Shown here: piece after piece, positions 52,221-64,000 of the stretch
Position numbering within the stretch: the first letter of the stretch is position 1
Layout of the letters: the number at the start of each line of letters is the position of its first letter
Assembly (NCBI GenBank): GCA_951406725.2
Contig: OX597816.1
Coordinates: 93,930,001-93,994,000 of the forward strand
Reading direction: 5' to 3'
Length of the DNA: 64,000 bases
Origin: Octopus vulgaris
Taxonomy: Eukaryota
Position numbers and translations under genes: made by a program
The notes under the pieces: generated by a model
Told to the model about the DNA's origin: nothing
Seen by the model: only the letters and a program-made list of their open reading frames with translations
Databases searched by the model: none

Positions 52221-52637
52221 ATAACATAACGCAGATGATATACATATGTGCGTATTTGTGTGCATGTGTTTGTATGCGTATGCATTTATATGAATGTGTA
52301 TATGTATGTGCGTGTATATATGCATGTGCACATATGTAATGTATGCATGCATTTTGTGTGCATGTTTTGCATTTTCGCTTTAGTATACAAACAGGAAGAA
52401 AAAGCACACAGTACATGAATTGTAATATGTATTTATTGGAAAACACTCAAGAAATTCACTCCATCGTTAAAGTTTCACATAATGGAAAGTGGTTGAACGT
52501 TCAGACGACATTTTAGAAGATTACGAATCGTGAAGTCAGGGTGTCATTGGCTGATCAAATGATCGGGATTTTTGCAATCTCTAAGAGCGGCCAGGTGATC
52601 AGATCTTTTCCGATCCGCTGATTCAGAGTTGTTAAAC

Positions 52638-53056
52638 GATTTCTCCTCACAGCTGCACGCACATCTGCGATATTTTTCTCAGTTCTGCTGGTTGCAGATC
52701 TCCCAGAACACTTTTCAATATCGACGTTTTTTCGGCCATCTTTGAAGCATCTGAAACATTCGTATACTTGTGTGCAGCTCTTACACTCCTCTCCATACAC
52801 TTCCTGCAACTTTGTGTAAGCCTCTGTGTAGGTATCACCATGACAACTTTCTCTGTCATGATCAATGCAACGATCACACGCTACTCACCTTCCTACCAAG
52901 CACTGCTGTAAGCAGTGGAAGTGAGCTAGAACATTAAAACTTATTGTGCATGCACAACAGAGTTCAAGGTCAATTTTTTGCCAAGGGACTTCACTCTGCG
53001 TGCTTTAGCATCCTTACTATAGCAACAGTACGGATACTTATTGATCAGGCCTCGTA
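52638..53056 (-). mobile_element. Mariner-like transposon 5' half
   Basis: ORF 52555-52809 reads QEVYGEECKSCTQVYECFRCFKDGRKNVDIEKCSGRSATSRTEKNIADVRAAVRRNR (mariner HTH). Terminal TA-CGAGGCCTGATCAATAAGTATCC TIR at ~53032-53056. Confidence 0.85.
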
Positions 53057-53298
53057 TATACCGCTACTACTAAAACCACCGCCCTCTATACAGCTTAACT
53101 ACATTCGCCGTGCTTGACCGCTAAATCCACAAGTTTCTTTTTATTTTTAGTTTCTGTTTATTTTCTCTTATTCCTTTCTATAGAAGAGCGTAGGCTCGAA
53201 ACGTAAAAGACTTTTTCACTTCTCGAGCGACAAACTAATACACCTGCTTGTTGTTTATACACCTGTCTTCGTCTTTTGTTTTCTGTAAATTTCAACTA
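53055..53298 (+). mobile_element. Second copy of the short Penelope-type element with minimal hammerhead variant
   Basis: CTTT-CTATAGAA-GAGC-GTAG-GCTC-GAAA-CG-TA-AAAG (53174-53209); shares downstream ACCTGTCTTCGTCTTTTGTT with 22697-22944 and ends at TA repeats. Confidence 0.6.
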
Positions 53299-53610
53299 TA
53301 TAATATATACATATATATGCACGCATACACATACGCACACATGCACACACGCGCACACGGACACACTCACACATACACACACATGTTGTTATTCCTTGTT
53401 CATGCGGCAAATTATTTCCTCATTTTCCTGTGCAAATCGAAATCGTATGAACCTCAAGGAATACCATTTTAATGATATAGTAACTAAAAGAAATATTCAA
53501 GGAAATGCAATTATTGGATGCACGTATGTGTGCGTGCATATGTTATGTTACTATATGCATATAAACATACATATACATATCAATGGGTACTGCCATAATA
53601 TTCAATTTTA

Positions 53611-53949
53611 TAAGGCGGCGAGCCGGCAGAAACGTTAACACGCCGGGCGAAATGCTTAGCGGTATTTCGTCGATAACTTAAGTACCCCGAAAGGTCGATA
53701 AATTAAGTACCAGTTACACATGGGGTCGATATAATCGACTTAATCCGTTTGTCTGTCCTTGTTTGTCCCATCTGGGTATAGCCCCTTGTGGGCAGTAAAG
53801 AAATAGGTATTTCGTCTCCCGCTACGTTCTGAGTTCAAATTCCGCCGAGTTCGACTTTGCCTTTCATCCCTTCGGGGTCGATAAATTAAGTACCAGTTGC
53901 GTACTGGAGTCGATCTAATCGACTGGCCCCCTACCCCAAAATTTCGGGT
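53611..53949 (+). mobile_element. SINE family A heterodimer with a rearranged first core
   Basis: Head, partly inverted or deleted core1, tail1, junction AAAGAAATAGGTATTTCGTC, core2 and truncated tail2. Confidence 0.85.
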
Positions 53950-54799
53950 TAGATTTTTCCATTGTTTCCAAGAAGTACGGATTCTTTTTAATTCGTTCTC
54001 TTTAAATTTTCTAACACTTGAAGCAGTTAACTGTCTATATTAAATCACTTCGCAGTTCCTCTTGACCCCTTTCAACTTTGGAGATGATCTTATATATAAA
54101 TTTCCATTCCTAGAAAAATCAACTTTATTGAAATTTGAAATTCTTGCATTCAATCTAAAAAGTATTTAAGAAAGTATTAGATTCTGTTTTTTTTTTTTCT
54201 TGAGTGTAATCTGCTTCAGTCTGACAGAAGCGAACTGTAACTAAGATAAAAAGAGAAAATGAAAACGAAAGAGAAGAGTAAATTGATGTTTGTGCATACA
54301 AAGTGAAAGAAAAAAGAAAGAAGCAAAGATAAAAAGTCACTAATTAGACCAAAACCGTGCGGAAGAGAAACCGTATAAACTGAATAACGTATAAATCGAG
54401 GGAGAACTCTGGGAGGGTGAGGGTGTGTGTGTGAACGGGGTGTGTGTGTCTTTGTGCGTACGTACGTGTGTGAATGCGTTCGTGTGCGTGTGCGTGTGCG
54501 TGCGTGTGCGTGTGTGTGTGTGTGTGAGTGTTCGTGCGTGTGATACGAAGTTTTTTTCCCAATTACATGGTTCCAGTTTCAGTCTCACTGCTCAGCAAGT
54601 ACCATCTAATTTAGTCTCGGTCCGACCAAAACTTTGTGAGTAGATTTGGTTAATTGGAAACTTAAAGAAGCCCGTCGTATGTATACATTTATATATATAT
54701 ATTGAAAAAAGCAAGTAAGTAGTAAAAGAAAAATACATATGCACTTCTATAAATACCTACCTATCTATCTATCTATTCGTCTATATATCTATCCATTTA

Positions 54800-55115
54800 T
54801 CAGTCTTGACCGAGGTTACCGTGGTCTTTTCCGTAGGCTTTTCTTTCCACGGGTAAACCTCACCTGTCTTCCCCTTTACATTTTATATTGATATTTCTGT
54901 GATAAGGATCCCTATTGATCGTTTTTTTCTTTTTCCTTTTATTTCTATCCCCCCCCTTTTTTGCTTTCCTCTTTCTTTCCATTTACAATCCCTTTTGATC
55001 GAAAACCAACCCACCCCACGGTTTTTTGGGGTTTTTTTTATCCCCAAAAAGAAAAGCTCTACCTTGTAATTTATCCCGTCTGTGTGCAGCTCTGTGTGGC
55101 TAATAAAGAAACATA
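54800..55115 (+). mobile_element. Probable LINE 3' UTR fragment inserted in (ATCT)n
   Basis: Pyrimidine-rich segment ending GGCTAATAAAGAAACA, embedded between ATCT/GATA repeats; no coding sequence visible. Confidence 0.35.
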
Positions 55116-55144
55116 TCTACCTATTATCTATCTTTCTATTTATC

Positions 55145-55231
<87 letters not shown>

Positions 55232-55249
55232 CGAGAGAGGGGGGAGATA

Positions 55250-55607
55250 TTCGACAGGCTTCCACACTGTTCCTATCAACTAAATTCACTCACAAGGCAT
55301 TAGTCGGCTCGAGGCTCTTGTAGCAGACACTTGTCCTGGTGACGTTCAGTAAGACTGAACCCGAGACCACTGGTTTGAAAAGCAAAATTCTTAACTATGC
55401 CGACGCCTTTATATCGACATTTCATACATAGATACGTGCATACGCACATATTAATACACGTGGTTCCCAACCACATGGTTCCGGGTTCAGTCCCATTGCG
55501 TGGCACCTTGGGCAAGTGTCTTCTACTATAGCCCTGGGCCGACCAAAGCCTTGTGAGTGGATTTGGTAGACGGAAACTGATAGAAACTCGTCGTGTGCGT
55601 GTGTGTG

Positions 55608-55678
<71 letters not shown>

Positions 55679-55852
55679 TTGCTTGTATATGTCATCGTAA
55701 TCTAGCAGTCCGGTAAAATAAACCGATAGAATAAGTACCATGCTTACAAAGAATAAGTCCTGGGGTCAATTTCTTCGACTAAAACCCTTTAAGGCGCTGC
55801 TCCAGCATGGCCACAGTCAACTGACTGAAGCATGCAAAAGAATAAAAGAATA
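55250..55852. mobile_element. Two SINE family B copies in opposite orientation (55250-55410 minus; 55460-55852 plus)
   Basis: Family B head/CORE motifs on both strands. Confidence 0.8.
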
Positions 55853-56901
55853 GATAAGTACATATAAATATTTATACGCATCTATGCATTCATATATGTG
55901 CGAGTGTATGTATGACTGTATGTGTATGTGTGTGTATGTGTATGTGTGTGTGCTTCTTTGTGTCTGTGTGTGTGTGTTGTAAATATACGTACGTATCTTT
56001 ACATTCTGCTAGATAGATAGATAGATAGCATGTGTAAATAAGTGCATGCGCAGAAACTTATCGTCCAATTGCTGAGTCTCGTACCGCCCTCTACCTTCAC
56101 TTCTCTACAAACAAACATGAGAGGGAGTATATGTGGGTGCGCGTGCGTATGTGAGTGCTTGTGTGTGTGTGTATGTGTGTGTTTATGTATGTATGTGTTA
56201 ACGTGTGCAAGCGTGTGTCCTTGTGCATACGTCTGTGTATGCGTGTGTGTGTGTGTGTGTGTGTGTGTAGTAGAAACCAGAAAGAGCGAGCGATAAAATC
56301 AAGCATATATATATATATATATATATATATAGTATCTTAACCCCTCCCTTGCTATGTAGTTCCTTCTTTCTTATCCTCCCCTTCCTCCTCTTCCTCCTCC
56401 TCCTCCTCTTTCTCTCTTGATGTTTCAGTCAAATAAAAATATATATACCAAACTGCAACCTGTTGTTATTGTTGTTGTTATTAATGCTGCTGCTGCTGCT
56501 GTTGTCGCCACTGTGGCGGTGATTGTTGTTGAGGCGGCGAAGATGGTGGTGGCGGCGGTGGTAGTGGCGGTGGTTGTGGTTGTGGTTGTGGGGGCGGTTG
56601 TGTTCGTTGTGAATGTTATTCTTGTAACTGTTTATAGTTTCAAAAAGGAAGAGGGAGGGAGTCGAAAACGGAACCCCCTGAAAATATTGTTGTAGTAAGC
56701 ATTGTCCAGTGAAAGCAGCCAACAGAAAAAAAAAGGAGGAGTGGAGACAGAAAAGAAAAAGAAAAAAAGTTGTGTTTTTCCTTTTTTTTTGTTTGTTTTT
56801 TTCCCCCCTTTACTTTTCCCTTTTTTTTTTATTTTTTTTTTTATTTTAGTCTCTGGGATTATTACCTCTGCATACCTCTCAATAATAATAATAATAATAA
56901 C

Positions 56902-56950
<49 letters not shown>

Positions 56951-57464
56951 TATAAAAGTATAAATAAAAAGCAGCAAGCTACTTAGTACAGCGACTGGTG
57001 CTTACACATTGGTGACTCTCAGTAGAGCAATATGCTCACAGCTACAACACGCCAACACTTCTTTCACCCCTACACAAACAAAGCTTTATAATAATCAGTA
57101 ATAGAGAGTTCTCCAGCACAGCTGTTTCAAACTACAAGACTTTTACAACTCGTAGTATTTTTCTCCAACTGCATTTTGCCGGTGGCGTTATTATTTATGT
57201 TGTTGTTGATGTTGTTGGCTATTTCCAACTTGGCGCTGTTGATAGTTTCGTAAAAATTTTTTTTTAATTATTATCATTATTATTATTATTATTATTATTA
57301 TTACCTGTGTTCTGTGTATGTAGATAGATCACTTGGCAACCACACGGACAATTTTATCTTCGTCACTGGATGTCTTTTATTATCACGTGCTGTTGTCATC
57401 TCTAAAAAATATTGCCGGGTCCAGACCGGATTATCAAAAAAAAAAAAATGTAAGTTATTTTATT

Positions 57465-57520
<56 letters not shown>

Positions 57521-59874
57521 CTGATTGCGCTTGATTATATTTTTTATATGAATTTTGTAAAAAAATCCCGCCTCTTTATAACTATATGTACATATACATA
57601 TAAGAAAGTTTGTATGACTACAGTATGAAGGTTTCGATACACGCATGTATGTAGAAATGAATGGATGTATAGTTACGCAAAATATTATTTAATATATGCT
57701 ATGCACAATCATTTTCTTAAGTACCTTCCCGTCAATGTATTACACGCCATGCAAACGTGCGATTTTAATGATAATGTTTTATATTTCAGTTGGTTTTATT
57801 TACACCTTTTTTCTTTTCTTTTCTTCTCTTTTTTACAATTTGCTGTTTATTTGTATTATACATTCTTGTTTGTATTTTTGTTAACCTTTCGCGTTTATCT
57901 TCTCCAGTCCACCCCCATCCACCCCACACACAGAACAGACACATTCGACATGTATTTATAAATTTCAGTAATGATCAAAACAATATTAACACTTATATAT
58001 TTGATGACCATTTCCAAATGTAACAGAATACAACTCCATAGCTTAAGGCAAGGTTTAGGAAAAGAAAAAATATAGCAGACGATGTATCTTAATTGATCTG
58101 GTCATGTTTATTTTGTTTGCTTTCTATTAAATTGATTACGCTCGATTTTTCCGTATTATGAAACGTTTTAGTGTTTTCTATTAATCGTAACGAAAACTTT
58201 GTATTTTATTAGAAACAAAACTTTCTTAGCTTATAAACATTGTATAGAATCTTAGAAGGTTAAGGTTATCAGCAGGTAACGAAAATATATAAGAAACTGC
58301 CACAGCATGAGAACAATGTAGATTGATGCTAGTTTTATAGCAAGTTGGATGCAGGGGACTGATGAGAGGGTAACGCTACTACGATAAACTAAATGAAAGA
58401 AATATTTAGCTTCATCTCTACATTCTTAACTGAAATTCCGCCACGGCTAACCTAACCGAGCATCCATCCCTTTGACGTTGATAAGCAAGCACCAGGCATA
58501 ACGTTGATTGCTTCATTCGGTCGGTGAGGTACATATTATGGCTTTCGTTTTGAATTTCAAAACTTTCGATATTTTGATAACTTTAAAAAGTTGTTAAATG
58601 GGAAGAAAAAGGGTATTGTGAGTTCAAATCCCGTCTGAGTCCTCAAAATAAATAATATCGTTTATCGATTGAAATCGATTAAATCAACTGTGAACTATCA
58701 CCACCACCATTCCCGGCAAATGTTTGGGTGTTTAGCTAATGTCAGCTCCGGAAAGTTTTAAGCTTGTTATGAGAGATTGTAAACGTAGTATTTCTAAAAT
58801 AGTATATACATATTGTTATCTAATACAGAGATGGGATAGGGTTGGGTCGCGAAAAAATATTTATGGCTCATTGGAAGTGATAAAGTTTCTTTTCACGTGT
58901 TTTCCTTTTTCTAATAGGAGTTTGTTTTACATTTCATTTTTTTTTTTTTTGTTAAAAATAAAATCTTATATACCTACTTACTGTTCCGTTTTATTATGTA
59001 AAACTAGCAGTCCCACGAGTTCTTTTATGCTGAAAAGACTGTGTGGATCACTGAAAGTGGTTTATATGTCGCCGCTTTTACTTTTTAGTTTTTGTTAATC
59101 AGCAGGTAGAGGTGGTCTCAGTTAAAAACATAAGTTTACCTATGTAGAAACTTTTATCTACAAGTGAAAACTAGCATTTCAACCGGTTATATGATCCAAA
59201 TTTATTACTCGTGTATTTGGTAGTTGACAGATGTAGTGTATGATAGTTAAATCTATTAACAGATATAGTGTATAATAGTTAAATGTATTCGATACGCACC
59301 GATTTAGCACTGAATTTATATTATCTACATTAAATTGTTGCGAAGTTGACATTTTAAAATAACACAGAATAAATAAACACACTGTTTTTGATGAAGACAC
59401 TTCACTAATATCAGTAATAAATTGGAAATGAAATTTTCAAAGTACATAATTTCAAGTCCCCACTTTCTTTTTATCAGAGATATAAAGGTCAAGATTGTGG
59501 CAGAGGTGAATACTGGCGTGCAGTTTATCTTAATTTAACTATGGTGATAACCATTGATTCGTGCATAGAGGAGAGAGTAGATTAGTTTCTCTGATTACAA
59601 ACTGTCTCCAGTTACAGCTAAGAAATCTGATCAGCGCTATTTGACAAACTTTAAGAAATAGCATGGTACTATGTTTTAAGAAATGCAGTCGAACTTATAG
59701 AAGTTTTGAAGTATTTTGTTTGTTTTTTTTTTCTTTTCTTTTCTTTGGAATTCATAAATGAAAGGAAACCTGAAGATTTGATAATATTGACTGATGTTGG
59801 TTGAAACACTTCAGGTTTCCAAACTTCAAGGTCGACTTCCTGCTGATGTAGGCAGTTAAATGTTTTGAGCCTAT

Positions 59875-60152
59875 CTTTTATCTTTTACTTGTTTCAGTCA
59901 TTAGACTACGACCATGCTGGGGTACCACATTGAATAATTTTTAGTCGAATGAATCGACCCCGATGCTTTTATTTAAGCCTGGTACTTATTGTCGAACTGC
60001 TACGTGAACTGGAGCAACGTGAAATAAAGTGTCTTGCTCAATGACGCAACGCGTCACCGATAATTGAACTCACGACCTTGCGATTGTGTGAGCCAAATAC
60101 CCAAACCACTAAGCCACGTGCCTTCACAGCAGGGAACAAACACACACACATG

Positions 60153-60206
<54 letters not shown>

Positions 60207-60415
60207 CATACATACATACATACATACATACATACATACATACATACATACATACATACATACATACGACGGGCTTCTTTCAGTTTCTATCAACCAAATC
60301 CACTCACATGGCTTTGGTCGGTTTGAAGATATAGTAGAAGACACTTGTACCAGATGCAGCACAGTAGGGCTGAACCCGGAACTATGGAGGTTGGGAAACA
60401 AGCTTTTTACCACTA
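59875..60415 (-). mobile_element. Nested SINE fragments (family B tail and head plus a CORE-type SINE head) around (TA)n/(TACA)n
   Basis: Family B tail 59875-60000, CORE-type head ~60005-60125 and family B head 60264-60415. Confidence 0.7.
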
Positions 60416-61929
60416 GATATTAAACGTAGTATATTTTAAATATAATATCTATACTATTAGGTGTTAGGTTTTGGATAAAATAGTTATGGTTCATTGCTTG
60501 CAACTTTATTTGAAGAGATAAACGTTCCTTTTCTTTCTTTTACTTTCTTTCCAAAGAAAAGTTCGTCTTACATTATTTTATAGTTTGTTGTTATCAGTAT
60601 TAAAGTGTAAACAACATCTTAACTATACCAACTTAGCGTCCTAATTACTATTATATCATCTTTAATATAAGTAAACTATCGGTCCGACGAGTCTGTTTCT
60701 AGTGAAGAAATGCTAAAACTGCTTCACTCACTGAAAGTGGTTGTAAGTCGCTACTTTTACAGTAGTTCTTGTTAATCAGCAGGTGATCATGTTCATTCGA
60801 CAAGTTCTTTTTATTTACAATTAATTAAACTGCGCTACGGTTGGATTGCCTTTAGATGAAGCTTAAAGGCCATGGAAGGATTTGTACTTATCATTTACAA
60901 ACTCGTTAATTATCAAGCAGTAGTCACGCTTATCAAATTTTTATAAATTCAGAAAAATGTTCTGCAGTAAACAGGTTGTTATTTAGTTGCTGTTTAGCCC
61001 AAGTCAGATTAACCGAGCACTTTTAATGCATCAGTCATTTTGGTATTGGATTCTACATCTATAGATCGAAAGTTCGCATCTCATCAGGAATTGATGTGCA
61101 GGTACCACGAGGAAAACGAAATACCGCTGTTGTTTCTCAATCTAACTGGCACTCAACGGAACAACTTGCTCATGAAATTAACGTGCAAGTGACTGAGCAC
61201 TCCACAAACACGCGCATCCCTAATGGAATTCTCAGGCAGATTCTGTGTGACACAAGATGCGACAAGTTTGGCCCTTTGAACTACAAGTACGACTCATTTT
61301 TGCCAGCTGAGTGGACTCGAGCAATGTGAAATAAAGTGTCTTGCTCAAGGACGCAAATCGTCGCCATTTCTCACTCTATTTTTAAAGTAAAGATAGGAAG
61401 GTCAATTGATAAATTTCTGACTACCATGAAATCGTTTATTAACATTTTTGTGGGGTTTTTTTTAAGACCAACAGTTGGCAACAGCAGGGCTGCTGCCTAC
61501 ACATGCCCCACTGTGGTATATTTTGAGGGCTATTGGCCTTTTCTGAAATTTTGTTTCAAATTTAATCTATCTGTTGAGTCAATAAGCAGGATGTGACTTT
61601 TAGATTTTCTGTTGTGTCAGATTTTGTTTACATTTTACTTATGTAAACATTACCAGTGATAGAAAAGAATAGATACGCGGAGATATATTCTAACACGTAA
61701 TATATGATATAATACACGTGGGCTTTTGGCAATTATATAAAAAAATTAAGTCGATCATTACAAAAAGGAGTGGTTGAATCCTGCTTTTGGCCGAAAGAAT
61801 TGGATGTATTGAATGAGAAGGATGGACAGCTGAAGTATATTTGGTTAATAAAAAATAGGAAGATTGATAACATTTAGGAATATAAGAACAAGAAAATGGC
61901 TTCAACTTGGGTTCTTTGGTGTGAGACAT

Positions 61930-62140
61930 TTCTTTCTATAATACGGACAAGGCCTGAAATTTGCGGGGAGCGAACTAGTTGTACATCGGTCTCTGTGCTC
62001 AACTGGTACTTTTCTATCGACCTAGAAAGAATGAAAGGCAAAGTCGACCTCGACGTAAATTGAATTCAGAATGTAATGAGTCGAAAGAAATGCCGCTAAG
62101 CACTTTGTCCGACATACTAACGATTCTGCTTGCTCGCCAC
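61930..62140 (-). mobile_element. SINE family A monomer, diverged
   Basis: Reverse-complement core ATGAAAGGCAAAGTCGACCTCG and head. Confidence 0.75.
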
Positions 62141-62720
62141 CTTTGTTTGGTGCGTAATGATAAAGGCATGACCGAGATAGTTTTGTTTATCTCCAGGTTA
62201 GCTTTTGGTGGAGTAGACCTATGATCAATTGAGTTACATCTGTGATCACCTAGTCTTTTTAGGAGTACGTTGTAGTACATTATTTTATGTATCCTTTCTT
62301 TTTTTTAAGATAGTAGTATGATATTTGTGGGTGTATAGATTCGGCTACTATTTGATTAACTCATGCAAACAAGTACGGGCTCTCTCCGAAGTAGAAGTGT
62401 TAGGTGTTACAAAGTGCGGTGTTCATTTAGGTTTAAGAGTAACCATTTACTTCAAAGGAGCAGAACTTGCGTGAAGTAGCAGGATGAAGAAATAGGAAAG
62501 CACAACGATGTTAGAGAGTTTGGTAGTTTAGGGTATTGACTCTGGAGTGGTTTAACAAATTCACTGGGTATCAATGATTAAATGGCTCAGCAAGAGCTAT
62601 AATAGAAAATACTTGCCCAAGGTGCTGCACAATGGGCCTGAACCCGAAGTCACGTTGTTGCAAAGTGAGCTTCCTAACTATACAGCAATGGCGGCACCGA
62701 TGTGTGTGTGTGTGTGTGTA

Positions 62721-63508
62721 CGAGAGTAGGCTGAAAAGTTTATTGGCTGACCACGAAGGAGAGATGCAGAAAAAAATAGTTTAGCTCCCAACGACATTCA
62801 TGCTAACATGGTTGATGCATTAAGGGATGACATTCTAGCTTTATCAACAGTGCAAAAGTGGGCAGCTGAATTTAGGAGGGTATGGAAAAGTTTGAAAGAT
62901 GACCCAAACTCTGAACAACCTTTCACCTGCTATCTCCGAAGAAAACCTTGATCGTGTTCACTACATGGTGATGAATGACAGGCGATTGACTATAAATCAA
63001 GTATCCAATGCTATGAGCATATCCCATGACTATAGATCAAATAGCCAATGCTAATAGAATATCCCGTGAGAGAGAGAGTTGAGAGTATTCTGCACAAATA
63101 ACTTAGCATGACGAAGGTTTCTGCTCGGTGGGTGCCACGTCTTCCAACACCCGATCAAAAGCGCACCAGGCTGATCACATCACGGGAAAATTTTACACTG
63201 TTTGAGACAGATCCAGCTTGCTTCCTTGAACGTTTCCTAACCCAGAACGAGTGTTAGGATAATCCCTTTGAGTCAGAGACAAAGAAACAATCTATGCAGT
63301 CGAAACACCCCTCCTCACCTGCTCCAAAGAAGGCCAAAGTTGTTTCAAATCATGATGAAAGCTTTTTTCACCAATGGGATCCAAGCACTTCAACACCAGT
63401 GGAAGAAGTGCGTGGACCGCAAGGAGAACTATGTTGAAAAATAAACCTCATTTGATACACTCCATGAGAGTATCTTGGTCAGCCTATGAACATTTCAACC
63501 GACCCTCG
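62721..63508 (+). mobile_element. Internally deleted mariner transposon with both TIRs and TA TSD
   Basis: TIRs CGAGAGTAGGCTGAAAAGTTTATTGGCTGACCA and TGGTCAGCCTATGAACATTTCAACCGACCCTCG, each flanked by TA. Translation gives STVQKWAAEFRR..NDRRLT..KVSARWVPRL..ETKKQSMQ..PKKAK then HQWKKCVDRKENYVEK; most of the DDD catalytic domain is deleted. Confidence 0.9.
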
Positions 63509-63529
63509 TACGTTACAACACAAAATTAT

Positions 63530-64000
63530 TACAAGTAATTCAAGAACCCCGGTGATAACACAACATTACACAAATACCTAAACACAATATTTCAGTGGGC
63601 TGAAGAAACAACATGCAGTTTCAATGCTGAAAAATTTCAAGCACTCCACTATCAGCCTACAGATAGCTTACAGTCGGAATTCACAGGACCAAGGAGTGTT
63701 GTAATACCAGATTCATGATCGGTGCGGGATCTAGGAATCCACATGAGTAATAATACAGTGTTCCGTGAGCATATTACAATGTGCAGATTACAGGCTCTTT
63801 GGATTATGAGATCATTCATAACGAACACAAAAGAAACGATGGTTGTCCTATGGAGAACATTCTCCTTAGTCGCCTGGACTATTGCTCCCAATTACAATAT
63901 CCACACAGCATTAAACTTACAGCAGCGATCTCCAGGAAATACTACACTATTATACCAAAAGTGTTGCCTCAGTGTTTTAAGATAGGCTATTGGAAAAACC
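63530..64000 (+). mobile_element. CR1-like LINE fragment (RT C-terminal region), continues past the window
   Basis: NNMQFNAEKFQ..VRDLGIHMS..FREHI..WIMRSF..ETMVVLWRTF..RLDYCSQL. Confidence 0.8.

Overview
Repeat-dominated, AT-rich, microsatellite-rich eukaryotic DNA with no recognisable intact host protein-coding gene; it is probably intergenic or inside a very long intron. The mix of tRNA-derived SINE families and compound (TA)n/(CA)n/(TACA)n/(GATA)n/(TAA)n arrays looks like an octopus (coleoid cephalopod) genome, which is an inference from pattern recall, not a database match. Almost all listed ORFs are microsatellite or SINE translation artefacts. Real coding remnants all come from transposons: three Penelope-like (GIY-YIG) elements, two R4/Dong-type, one CRE-type, two RTE-type and two CR1-like LINE fragments, hAT, Tc1 and mariner transposase remnants, plus MITEs and a DINE-1/Helentron-like element. 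The most interesting signal is a set of hammerhead-ribozyme-like motifs. The best is a ~457-bp foldback (48465-48921) whose arms each encode, on opposite strands, a type-I hammerhead with a ~100-nt stem II insert and a compensatory base-pair change in stem I. Coordinates were read by eye; repeat boundaries are approximate (about +/-10-30 bp).
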